From: Octopus vulgaris
Taxonomy: Eukaryota
Direction of reading: 5' to 3'
DNA: 64,000 nt
NCBI GenBank assembly: GCA_951406725.2
Contig: OX597826.1
Coordinates: 15,624,001 to 15,688,000 of the forward strand
The notes below the pieces were generated by a model that saw only the letters and a program-made list of their open reading frames with translations, ran no database searches and was not told the DNA's origin. Shown here piece by piece: positions 12,233 through 24,720 of the stretch; the first letter of the stretch is position 1; the number at the start of each line of letters is the position of its first letter. Both the position numbers and the translations under genes were made by a program.

Positions 12233-12838
12233 TTTTTATTGCTGAAAAAAGCGAAACTGCAGTCTAAGATGAACAGAGTTAGTAAAATTTTTTATTTTCA
12301 TTTCGCTAAATTTATCAAGCTTCTGTGTTTCTAGTACATACTTCGCCTTTAATGTACTTATATATGAATAATATATGGCCTGTGCTAGAAACACCAGCGA
12401 TAATAATTAATTTTATTTTATCGCATTTCGAATTTGTTTACATATTTCTCGATAAATTTTGAGCGTTAGACTATATACCAGAATTCCCTAGTTTGTCGGG
12501 TTCGTTCTGCATCTGCGCAGTGATCTGATTAGTTAGAAAGAGCAAATTAGTAGACGCACATGTGTCTATCGAGTTGCGTTTCATAATAACAGGAATCTTA
12601 CTGAAGAGCCTACTTGAGTAAATAAATATTATTTTTATTGCTGAAAAAGGCGAAACTGCAGTCTAAGATGAACAGAGTTAGTAAAAGTTTTTATTTTCAT
12701 TTCGCAAAATTTATCAAGCTTCTGTGTTTCTAGTACTTACTTCGCCTTTAATGTACTTATATATGAATAATATATGGCCTGTGCTAGAAACACCAGCGAT
12801 AATAATTAATTTTATTTTATCGCATTTTGAATTTGTTT

Positions 12839-12840
<2 letters not shown>
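12225..12840 (+). mobile_element. Retrozyme-like or PLE pseudo-LTR partial tandem (399-nt unit, ~1.5 copies)
   Basis: 12225-12440 is repeated at about 12625-12840 with few differences; bounded by (TA)n on both sides; contains one full and one half HHR; no real ORF. Confidence 0.8.
12595..12669 (+). ncRNA. Type I hammerhead ribozyme, canonical core
   Basis: AUCUUA-CUGAAGA-GCCU-(36 nt, partly paired)-AGGC-GAAAC-UGCA-GUC/UAAGAU. Stem I 6 bp, palindromic UGCA loop 3, predicted cleavage after 12663. Confidence 0.85.
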
Positions 12841-12888
<48 letters not shown>

Positions 12889-13233
12889 GCGAAAGATCTA
12901 GCTGGAGTGCCAACATTCCGATATTCTGTAACAGGGCTTAGAAAGACTGAAAGACCGATGCAATACAGGTGTCAATGAACTTTTCAGCATTCCTCGTATA
13001 TACTATGTTAACTCGAATGCCGGAAAATACACCAAGCAGTTGCTTCTAGGAAAACCAGAAGACATTGTTCTGCAGAATTGGCTCGAAGTCATAGAAGATC
13101 GGGATTTAATGGTTATCTATTGTTTCTCTTCTATACTCAATTTACGTTATCTTCTCGTTGGGAAATTCATTTACGTTTAAGCGCAATTACATTTCATTTC
13201 TTTCGGAAAACTCAGGAGGTATATATCTGTATG

Positions 13234-13277
<44 letters not shown>

Positions 13278-14513
13278 AACATAAAGATATATATACATAT
13301 ATATATATGTTAAATGGTTGAATAAGATTCATCCTTTAATTTGGAGGTCTCTATTTTTAACCTCTCTTCTCCATTTCTATAAATTTACAACACATATACA
13401 TACATACACACACATATATATATAATAATACACACACACACATATATATAAAAGAATAAAACTAAACTGCAATCCATCGTTTCTGAGTAATTTTTCTTCC
13501 TGTAATATATATTTAAGATAACAGGCCTATTAACATTATCATCACATAGAATCTATTAAAATGCGTGTGTATTTGGATGTCTGTATCGAATGAGGTAGAA
13601 GGTAATGAAAAACAAAAATACATAAACGATATTCACAATTAAAAGCTCTCATATTTATATTCATATATAAAGGAGTATATACGGACGCGTAAACAATGCT
13701 GCACTGTTGTACTAATAGTATTCAGCTGTTACCGTTTATTTATTAATAATAACGTATCATATGTAATGTGTAATACATATGTGATATATATTGTGGTAAC
13801 CGATACAAATTTTACTGTTTTATGAGTTTAATTACTGTAGAAATCCATTCACCCACAACCTCGTCACTCATAACTGAGAAATAAACTGAAACCTACTGCT
13901 ATTTGTCCAAGTGTGTTTGAACATATCTCACAGTGACGACTAAAAATTACATTGTTTATCCTTTAATTATCCTTTACTTCTTTTTGCAGTTTATTCAGGG
14001 AGGAAAGTGTAAAGAGCAGATCAGTAAGATATGACGAGGGACAACTGGAAGCGAAGCATTTATCCTAAACCAGAAGTATGATCCGAATATTACTACAGAA
14101 TGAAGTCTTCTAGAAACCCCTAAGTCATTAAATCGTCCAGAAGATGAAGTCTGCCATCAATTTAAATTGCTATCGTTATACACATAACAGTATTGCTTGT
14201 GTTGAGATTCACAAGTGCAACGCATACAGGCACAACGCAATCTGTACGTATATCAAAAGGTTAATTTAGTACAGAGATACAGTAAACTTTACACACAGAG
14301 GCATTCCAAATATTCCATGACAAAGTTAACGTGAATGCAGAATAATATTTGTATCACCAACGTATGTGTGTGTGTGTGTGGGGGGGTGTCTGTGTAAGTA
14401 TATCTGACTATTTTGAGCATGAAATACGTATAACATAATATTAGTAAATATTCTCATCAAATTCAAATATTTGGAGTCTTTCATTGTACATAAATGATTT
14501 CCTTAAACAGTAA

Positions 14514-14547
14514 TACATACACATACACACAAACACAGACAAACGCG

Positions 14548-14579
<32 letters not shown>

Positions 14580-14601
14580 CACACATACACCAATGTTAAT
14601 G

Positions 14602-14632
<31 letters not shown>

Positions 14633-14833
14633 TTATACATATATATATACACACACATATATACAAACATATAAATATATATGTATGTATGAGTGTATGT
14701 GTGTATGTGTGTATATATGCATATATTCCAGCAATACATACACATACACACAAAAACACACAAACTCACACACACACATATATATATACACATACATATG
14801 TAAATGTGTGTATATATATATATATATATACAT

Positions 14834-14868
<35 letters not shown>

Positions 14869-14931
14869 CACGCACATATATACAGACATACATGTACATA
14901 TGCATACATACAAATATATATGTATGCATGA

Positions 14932-14970
<39 letters not shown>

Positions 14971-14975
14971 CATAT
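14514..14975. repeat. Compound (TA)/(CA)/(TG) microsatellite with internal ~60-bp duplication
   Basis: Directly visible; 14673-14730 resembles 14912-14980. Confidence 0.9.
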
Positions 14976-16386
14976 ATTCCATACATTTTCATGTGAGGGA
15001 ATCAGTTTTTTGTGTGTATGTGTGAGTACATATGTGAGATTATGTATCGGTGTGAGCGTGTTTAAAAAAAAACATATATATTACTGAAAAAAAGGAAAAA
15101 ATCCGTAACATATACCCATGATCGTATTACACATGTTCAATAAAACATGCACTTACATGTGTACGCATGTGTCCCCTGTGCAAATATACGTATATGTGTA
15201 TGTATATATGTGTAGTATGGCCCTGTGTGTACATGTGTGTCAATGGCTGTGTTTATGTGTGTAGTTGCGCGCGTGTTGTGTATGACACTTGATACATGTC
15301 ATATGAAACAAAAGCAGATATTGAAAATAACACAAAAGGCTTATTTGGTTTCCCAATCATGTTACTTATAAATATCAAATAGATGGAATGAACAGAAATT
15401 ACTCTAAATAATTAAAACGAAGTGATAATTGCTTTGCTGAGCGGAAAATACTTTATATAAGAGAAAATGATAGAAATATATGATGGATTGCATTTATAAC
15501 ATTCGCTATTGTTGTCCTGTTACGATAAAAGAAACGATCAATCTAATTTATCACATGCTGCTCCTATATTATTAATTGTATGCGCGTCTAAATCCATTTG
15601 ACCCTTTAAAACTTTTATATTTATCTTTATCATTATGAGTTGCCCATGCATATTTGAATTCAATTAACCTGCAGTAGCAGAGGATCAATTTCTTCCGCTT
15701 AATGAGTATTACATAGTGTGTCGTTTAAAGTTCAAAATAGGACATGGAAGAAATATTGTAACAACGATATTTTAGTTTCTCTTGAAGTGGTATAACATAT
15801 TTATTGTATTTTGATAAAGTTTATTTTAACATTATTGTAGTTTTCTAATCAAGTATCTTTCTGCCGTTCTTCTAGTGCATCTCTTTATTATAGTTTTTCA
15901 CTTGTGTGTATATTCATCACAATTCGCCGCGGAGCAAATGCAGTAATTGTGGTTGGAATATACAAACATACATACAGACAGACATGTGTGTATGTATGTA
16001 TGCGAACATACATACACACATTCACCTACGACTGGTACAAATTCACATTTACCTACGACTGGTAAGGGCGGGTACTCACTTTCCATGGCGTATATGAATG
16101 ACCGAGAACAAATTTCTTCCTTGCGGGACGAAGGTCTCTTGCTGAATTCAAGGCCTGCAATTTTGAGCAGTGATAGAAGGCAAATCTATCATTCAGCAAT
16201 AGTTATTTAATTACACCGGCATTCACCATAAAGAAGAAATATAAAAAGTCTCTAAATGTGACTAGGTTATTAAGGAATACCTACATTGCTAGAAATAAGA
16301 GCTAAACCGCTCTAATACTGCAAACAACGCACCTGAATGAAAACATGTATACACTAACAAGGACCAAAAGTGCCAATCGTGAATTT

Positions 16387-16435
16387 TTGACACTGACGAG
16401 TCAGTTTCGGCAATTTCTGTTGCCTCCTCAGTTAA
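16387..16435 (-). ncRNA. Hammerhead fold, probably inactive (G at position 17, stem I cut by a SINE junction)
   Basis: Minus: UUAA-CUGAGGA-GGCAA-cagaaa-UUGCC-GAA-ACUGAC-uc-GUCAGU-G-UCAA. Confidence 0.65.
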
Positions 16436-16535
16436 GCGATGTTGGGGGAACAAACAGACAGACAGACACACACACAAACACATACACACACACAAACACA
16501 CACACACACAAACACACACACATACATACAACACA

Positions 16536-16616
<81 letters not shown>

Positions 16617-16778
16617 GACGGGTTCTTTCAGTTTCCATCTACCAAATCCACTGACAAGGCTTTCGGCGCCCCAAGGCTATAGAAGAAGACACTTGCCCAA
16701 GATGTCACACAATGGGACTGAACACGGTACTATGTGGTTGGTAAGAAAGTTACTTACCACACAGCCACTCCTGTGCCT
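16432..16778 (-). mobile_element. SINE family A, 3'-truncated, expanded internal microsatellite
   Basis: AGAAGACACTTGCCCAAG and CTTACCACACAGCCACTCCTGTGCC match the reverse complement of 21863-22265. Confidence 0.9.
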
Positions 16779-17054
16779 ATATACATGCATGCATCCATCC
16801 ATACATACATACATAAATACTTGCACGCACATATGGATAAGTTTTAGTAACAGAAGTAGATCTGGTACCGAATTGCAATTTGCTTATCCTATTTTAAGTG
16901 GATATACTGTAAGAACACAATAACACTACAAAAACTATCATAAGAAGCTCTCTCCTATTGATATATTGTGCTAGAAAGCATAGAAGTATCAGCAGAGAAC
17001 TGAAATAGACACATATCTATATCTATATCTATATCTATTGATATATAGCAATAT

Positions 17055-17235
17055 AGCTACACACGTGCTGTTGGCGATTTCTTTTCCGTCTTTGGAAATT
17101 TCCCTCTTTATTTTCTGATGAAGAGTTATGCTCACAAAATCTCTCTTTCTACCGAGTGTCAAACTAATACATTCCTTGTGCTCGTCAACTTGTTTACTGC
17201 TAAATTTATTCGTTTATTGTTCATTTGAATTGAAT
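17055..17235 (+). mobile_element. Short HHR-family repeat, degenerate
   Basis: TTTT-CTGATGA-A-GAGT-TAT-GCTC at 17111-17133 with GAAAC lost; GAGTGTCAAACTAATACA shared with 54811; ends in TA/TACA run. Confidence 0.55.
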
Positions 17236-17246
17236 ATATACATACA

Positions 17247-17280
<34 letters not shown>

Positions 17281-17394
17281 AATATATATATATCTATATA
17301 CATATATATACATACATACATACATACATACATACATACATACATACATGCACACATACATACATATATGCATGTATCAGTCGCCATGATAGTT

Positions 17395-17590
17395 CGTTAG
17401 CCACTACACACGTTTCTCTCTCTCCTTTTTCCTCTCCTTGTTTTTTCTGTGTTCCTTTCTGTAGAAGAGCGTAGGCTCGAAACGTAAAAGACTTTTTCTA
17501 TTTCTGAGCGTTATACCAATACATCCGTTTGTTTTGTACACCACCTGTCTTCGTCTTTTGTTTTTTGTTATTTTTCATAAACTCTCCCTA
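17395..17590 (+). mobile_element. Short HHR-family repeat, best copy
   Basis: CTTT-CTGTAGA-A-GAGC-GTAG-GCTC-GAAAC-GTA-AAAG at 17455-17490; 3' block TGTCTTCGTCTTTTGTTTT shared with 54850 and (reverse) 21765-21785. Confidence 0.7.
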
Positions 17591-18329
17591 CATACATATA
17601 TACATACATGCACATATATTTTGTTGTACCTAAGGATACGGATTTTGACACCGTTGTTAATACACGTACAGATTCTATTCCATGCCCTTATTTTTACTCA
17701 ACTGGTTGAATATCTAACTAGTTAATCGATTGTTTGTTTGATTTGAATAAACAATCAGTCATTTGCTATAAAATTAGCATGCATTGTAGGTCTCCCGGTA
17801 TGTGACCTGCCATGAATATCAAAACTAGTCGTGAAACTGTAAATTGATAACAGAATGTGAGATTGCTTCAACCTAATAGAATTCAAAATTTATTTTCCTG
17901 CTATTACGTGTCCCCCTATTTGCTGTGAAATTTGTGCTTTCTACAATTGCGTTTTATTCCTTCTTAATTATAAACTATCATTTTGTTCTATTTAGTTTTA
18001 GATCCCCCTAATAAATAGTGATGATTGTCAATGATTTAAGGCTGTTTGCGTGACATATTGGAATATGACATTGCTTTTTAGAGGGATGTCTTACCAAGAA
18101 ATAATTCTCCATGTCGTAATCGTTTCAGAAATCTGAAATAATTGGGTTGTGTGACAGTGAACTTACTGCAAAAGTTACTTTACTATGACAGCCCGTGTTT
18201 TCTCGAAGTTTGCTGTTCGAGTAAAAGATTTTGAAATTGAAATCTCTCGGCTATTTTGATGCGTCTTTGATGCATATCTTTAGATTTTTATCATAATCTC
18301 TCCTTAGATACAACAAAATATATTTCAGC

Positions 18330-19130
18330 ATAAAATACACTATATGGGAATATTTATAGAAACAGTGTGGTTGTTCTCAACAACAGTCAAGTGCTAGGGA
18401 ACATATCTCCGGACGAAAAGTACCTGTCTGTTGCCCCGATCTCTCTGGATTCTTCACACGGTGTTTTACTGTCAGATTATGTTATGACTCTAACTGGCCC
18501 AGAATATATCGATTTTCCTCCACATTTTTCTTTTTATATTTGCTATCACTATAATGTTCATTTCTATGGAGTTCATTGCACGCTTCGTTTCTCTCTAAAC
18601 AACTGCCCCTGAGCGCTATCGACAACCATTTCCGATATCCAATACTAAATCTGCGTTAATTCCAAGACTTGTCTTTTCGGAAACATCATTCAACTGATTT
18701 GCATCAGTCTTATGTCATTGAATATTGCATAAGAACAATTGCTACACGTTCAAGAAAGAAAAATATTGTAACTTTCTTAAGCATGAAGAGCAAGTAGTTA
18801 GGTCCTCATCGTATCTGTAAGCTTTTGAATAGGGCATACCTACAGCAATGACTGCATTGAGCCTTCTACTAGCTCTCCATATTAGGATGTCCGTCTTCAA
18901 CAAAGCTGAAAGGAAACTGAAAGAATAATGAAGTATTGCCTCCGAAAATGGAATGATACTGATATTTCTTATTCAAACATCGTGAACCGCATCCAAATAA
19001 CCCCCAGTCGTCTGAGTAGCGTGCATTTATTGACCAGTATGCTTTAAATTCTAGTACACAAATCTATTGTGCCCTTTCTGTATTTTTTCTGCTACTGGGA
19101 ATTCTCCTCTTTGGACTTCTCTGACATTTT
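18330..19130 (-). mobile_element. Possible very old LINE RT remnant
   Basis: Weak minus-strand echoes only: YSKAY and ADLVL..KRAMNSIEMNI. Confidence 0.25.
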
Positions 19131-20641
19131 GGCTTCCCTATCCAACCAGCTCAATTTCACCCACTTATCCTTTCGTAACCCAAACTGAATAACCCCATAT
19201 TTCTTCAGCCTTCCATTTTCAAGTGTTTAAGAAGAACGTTATCCACCTATTTCGAGGGTGAGAAGGTGCAGCATCTGTGGGTGCAGCCCTCTAAATTAGA
19301 CCTAGATAATAAAAAATATTGACCTCTGTAAGTAAATGATATCAGTCAATGTACTATATTAAGTAAGCGATAAGTGGATATCATTTTCATAACGTTAATA
19401 TAATTTACATATCCCTGAAAATGACCTTATATATACATTAAAATACAAATGGAATATAAAGCTGGGCATTGTTAAAAAAAACCTTGTAAATCACTTTTCT
19501 TTCTTTATATTTCCTGTTAGTTTCAAAACTTCTAAAATTGCAACTGTTAAATAGAATTAAACTCGCACTCTTTTAAGGTATACACTTAACAATGATTTTA
19601 TAATGGAAGTCGATTTTCTCTGTCTTACATCTTTATTTTGATGCTTTAATTGGTCAAGAGTCTTGCTAACGAGCTGGGTTCTTTTTGTATGTAAACACTC
19701 AGCTTCAATGAAGCCACTACACTTCTGCATATTCTTTCATGGCAGCCATAGGGGAATAATTAAATTACGAGCGAGACGGAAATAGGTTGTCTTGGAAGAG
19801 CTGAACTTCAAAGAAACGAAATCTATTGATTATCTAGCTCATTTATGACGATCAACAACAATGAAAGAATCAGAAACGTACCTACTTACATACTGATCCA
19901 CATACATTTACACAGAAAGGCAGGCAAACATTACGATGTACATATATCTGTCCAAAGTTTTACCAACATCGACAGAGAATACATACATTTTGTCAAGTGT
20001 CACCACATAAACACTGTTACTTGCATATTCTTAGTTTTACTTATAATCACATGAATGCGATGATAATTTAAACGCGTTCTCCACTCATCATATTGCAAAT
20101 AAAACAGTACTCACGTTCATACATATATAAATTCGAGCATACACTCTGACGCAGTAAGTATACGATGCATACAAACATACATTAATATAGAAACTTGTTA
20201 CCAAAAACTGCTGGCTTGAGAGAGTGTATTATATAAATCACAGCCACTTATTGAGGGAAAATTACATTCATGCTTCATTTAAAACAGGAAGAGGGAGAAA
20301 ATGTGTGGCTGCATGTATATATATGTGTCTATGTGTGTATTATTGTATCTGCGTATGTGGATTGTGAAGGAATGTATATGTATATAACAGAGTGTGTATG
20401 TGTGTTTGTATGTCTGTGAAGATTTTTGTTTTGCTTTTATTTGATAACTAACGGCTGAATAGCTTCCAGGGGCAATCTGTATGAGGATACTCGACTTCCG
20501 TCTGGCCGGAGGGCAGAACCACCTTCATTATCTTCTATCCGAACAATTAATTATTAATACATACATTTCTGAAGAGCTAGAGAAAATCTAGTTATATGAA
20601 GCCGTTATTTTAACACACATACATATCCAAGTGCATCACTC

Positions 20642-20692
<51 letters not shown>

Positions 20693-20699
20693 TATATAC

Positions 20700-20730
<31 letters not shown>

Positions 20731-21678
20731 CATATATATATAAATATATATTTCTATGTATGTATGTATGTAGGTAGGTAGGTTGATAGGTAGGTAGGTA
20801 TGCGTATGTGTGCACACGCGTGTGTGTATGTCCATATATATATACATATATAAATACACACACATGTATATAAACACACACATATACATACGTATATGTG
20901 TATTTATAACTATAAACACATACACATGTAAACATAGATTGACGCACACACACATGTATCTCTCTATTTATCATCTATCAGTCTATCTATCTGTGTGTGT
21001 GTGTGCGTGTGTGCGTGTGTGTGTATTTGTTTAAAATCTTACATATATACCGTTTCGTTTTATATAGGAGAAATCTATTGTGCAAATTTCATTCAGGTCC
21101 TGAGAGTAATGAAGAAAATGCAAATGTAGAAATTTCAAAATCGAATATACTTAAATACTTTGTTTCCGTCGAAATAGAGAAATGGATTTAGACAACGAAA
21201 AGTGCATGGGAATTGTCTAACACTAAGTGGGCTATTTACTTACCCGATACATTAATGAACTGCCCTTCCTGATAGATACAAATGAGCAAATACAGCTCTC
21301 GTGAATTCTTTCATTGCTTTGATATGTCTGTGTTGACACAAATAGAGAATTGGCGAAATTATATAAATTAAGAATCATTTACAAACATTGCCAAGAAATG
21401 TACTTTCGAAGATGTATGTAAATATGCATGTATGATCCTTTGTGTGTAAGTATGGAGCCATGTATAGCTATAAGAATATAAGTGTGTATAGAAGCTGGTA
21501 TGTATGTTTGCATATATGTATGCACGTATCTATATCACGGTACGTATGTACAGTATGTAAGTATGTATGGTATGTATGTATATATATACATATACATATA
21601 TAGGTATATGTGTATATATATGTATATATACATATTTCAGTAAATGTATATGTATATATATATATATATCAGTAAATG

Positions 21679-21740
<62 letters not shown>

Positions 21741-21820
21741 TATAGTACAAATTTATTTACAGAAAGCAAAAGACGAAGATAGGTGTAGGAAAAACAAGCT
21801 AATGCTCGGGGAAAATGGAA

Positions 21821-22640
21821 GGATCTTTTCGGTTTGAATGGCAGGTTTTAACATAATTTCTAGGCGCAGGAGAGGCTGTGTGGTAAAGTAGCTTGCTAAC
21901 CAACCACATGGTTCCGGGTTCAGTCCCACTGCGTGGCAACTTGGGCAAGTGTCTTCTGCTATAGCCCCGACCAATGCCTTGTGAGTGGATTTGGTAGACG
22001 GAAAATGAAAGAAGTCTGTCGTATATATGTATATATATATATGAATGTGTGTGTGTGTTTGTGTATCTGTGTTTGTCCCCCTAGCATTGCTTGACAACCG
22101 ATGCTGGTGTGTTTATGCCCCCGTCACTTAGCGGTTCGGCAAAAGAGACCGATAAAATAAGTACTGGGCTTCCGAAGAATAAGTCCCGGGGTCGATGTGC
22201 TCGACTAAAGGTGATCCTCCAGCATGGCCGCAGTCAAATGACTGAAACAAGTAAAATAGAAAGAGAGAATGAGTAACTAGACACATTTAAACTTCGTATA
22301 CTGGTAGAATGTGTTTATAAAAGATCTTTTTCTCTTGGCTTTATTGAGAAAATTCTATAGTTTGTAAGATATTTGTGGTTTTTTCTTCAATTTCTGCAAT
22401 TTCAACCAATCAATGACGTCTATTGAGGTGAAAACATTCTGTGCCGTATGAAAATGCCCCTCGTTTAAGAAACAGATTGGGTTTATTTATATTTGTGAAG
22501 AAAAAAGATACCCTTCCCCCCAGCACTAACCCTAACCCTAAAAGAGATTGAAATGTAATAGATCGATTCTAGGGTCATAATTATGGGTGACAATTTCATA
22601 TGACACCGCTAGAAAAACTGTCGTTCAAACCGAAAAATCC
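21821..22640. mobile_element. MITE with ~28-bp terminal inverted repeats
   Basis: GGATCTTTTCGGTTTGAATGGCAGGTTTT versus AAAAACTGTCGTTCAAACCGAAAAATCC; internal CTAACCCTAACCCTAA; interrupted by a SINE. Confidence 0.85.
21863..22265 (+). mobile_element. SINE family A, full length (tRNA head, CORE-like segment, internal microsatellite)
   Basis: A-box-like GGCTGTGTGGT, B-box GGTTCAGTCCC, CORE-like CTTGGGCAAGTGTCTT, tail CAAATGACTGAAACAAGTAAAA; six copies in the window. Confidence 0.92.
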
Positions 22641-23049
22641 AAACCGAAACTTCGTTTACGTTTCGAACTTATGCTCTTCGACAGTAAAGTTTAAGAAGAA
22701 AAAAAATCGGAGAGAGAAAACATAGGCAGAGTTAAACCGCCCAATATGGCGATATGAGTAAAATAAACACAGAGTTTGAATGAAAGGGAGATAATAACAA
22801 TAATAATAACATTAAAGGTAATGGTTAGTCCAACGTACAATGTTGCGCAAATGTGTGTGTGTGTGTGTACGTGAGAATGATGTGGGTGAGTGTGTATGTG
22901 AGAACGATGTGATTGAGTGTGTATGTGTGAATAGGGGGCCTGAGTTGCGTGTAGCAGTTGACGTGTGCTTGTTCAGGTGACGTGTGCACGTGTATATGTG
23001 TGTGTATGTGTGTTTCTGTGAACAAATAATGTGCGTGTGTATAGTGTAT

Positions 23050-23387
23050 ACTCTTTACTCTTTTACATGTTTCAATCATGTGACTGTGGCCATGCTGGAG
23101 CACCGCCTTTAGTCGAGGAAACCTACCCCAGGACTTATTCTTTGTATGCCTAGTACTTATTCTATCGGTCTGTTTTGCCGAACCGCTAAGTGACGCGGAC
23201 GTAAACACACCAGCATCGGTTGTCAAGTGATGTTGGGGGGACACAGACACACAAACATATACACCCACACATATAAATACATATACCTATATACAGCGGT
23301 ATTCTTTCAGTTTACGACTACCTAATCCACTCACAAGGCTTTGGTCGGCCCCAGGCTATAGTAGAAGACACTTGCCCAATATGTCAC
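23050..23387 (-). mobile_element. SINE family A, 5'-truncated
   Basis: Reverse complement of about 21940-22265. Confidence 0.92.
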
Positions 23388-23499
23388 GGAAGGCATTGAG
23401 GGTAGGGTAGAGTGGTCGTAGGTAAAGGAAATGGGAGACAGGTAAGGATGGGGCAGGTGTAAGAAGAAATAATTTCAATTGGTAATTGGATGCATCTTT

Positions 23500-24720
23500 T
23501 TTTCGATTTTTGCCATAGAATATACAATTTCTTTTTCATATGAATTTGTACATGTAGCTTTGTAAGGAACCAGAACTAAAACATTCGAGACATAAAAAAT
23601 GGAATTAGCTACATATGGTCCATGGTAATGAGAAGGAAATATTTGGCTGAGCCACATCAAGGTTAGCTTCGTCCACTAACTGGTTTTAGTAAAGATTTGT
23701 GATTAGTCTCCCCATTAATATTTTAATGGCTTTAGAAGACTTCTGAAAATGAAATTTGCTGGTCAATCGGTGTAATAACAAAATTACATTATAAACTAAT
23801 GCTATTAATGCTTGTTTTAATTCCAAGCTCGATATCCCTTCAAAGACTATTTATCGATCAAATTTCAATTTCCTCGTTTCTAGTCTGCAAAAGGGCATTT
23901 CATAGAGACTGATCATGAATAAAGACGTGCAACCCGATTACAAAGATTCCATTAGTTGAAACAATACATTTTTATAGAATTGATATTTTTAAAACAAGTA
24001 CAATTCATTATAAAATATTTATACCAAACTTCGTTCGGCAAGGCTTGGCGCACCATTGTAATTATTAACAGGAAATGTACATGTCGAATCTACATTTACT
24101 TGTAGTGTTGATGATGTGTAACGAACTAAGAATATTTTGAGCTTCCAGTGCGTTGAGTTCGACACCTGGTGTCAGAAGTTAACCTTTGCTAAGCCAAAAT
24201 ATTGTTCAAATTCCATTTACTTTGGTTTACATTGGATGACATTACTAACAGTAGAAAATAGCAGCAACCATGTAAAATAAAATAGTTATTAGAAGACGAA
24301 TGGCACAAGGAAAGCATTATCAAAGCATCGTTTACTCTTAATCTTAATATCACTTATAATAAAATGAGATCTTGAGAAAAGGCAAAAAAGTAGTTAAATT
24401 GCCCATTTTCGACTTCGAAATTAGATTACATGCTTGATGGTGAGATAGCAGGGCATCTAATCGAGATAATTTAGTCGAATATATACCTTTCATTGTCAAA
24501 GGTTGAATTTCTTCCTCGTCATAAGAAATAGATATTCCGATTGAAATAATAGCCAAACTATTTTCCTCGATAATCCTAAACAAGGCAGAAATGTGATAAT
24601 GTTAACAATACAAGTATGTCGTGATGCCCAACGTTAATATAAAGTAGATACAGTTATTGAGGTAAAAACATGTTTATACTTCACAAAGAACCTTGGATGC
24701 TCAGCCATTAGATATAACGT
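23500..24720 (-). mobile_element. Probable decayed hAT transposase relic
   Basis: ORF 24350-24583 (IIEENSL..SISYD..KGIYSTKL..ALLSHHQACNL) parallels the hAT GQxYD..KGV..HCxAHNLNL region; LTSDTRC follows downstream at about 24160. Confidence 0.4.

Larger units (their letters stand above)
21745..22760 (-). mobile_element. Short HHR-family repeat split by a MITE (pieces 21745-21820 and 22641-22760)
   Basis: Joining the MITE flanks restores colinearity with 17395-17590; minus-strand motif CTGTCGA-A-GAGC-ATAA-GTTC-GAAAC-GTA at 22653-22690. Confidence 0.7.

Noticed and set aside
13950-14070. Strong polypyrimidine tract and CAG acceptor at 13989
   Set aside because: Downstream frames are short, with no recognisable protein or partner exon.
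20565-20605. CTGAAGA followed by a hairpin
   Set aside because: No GAAA in register and no stem I.
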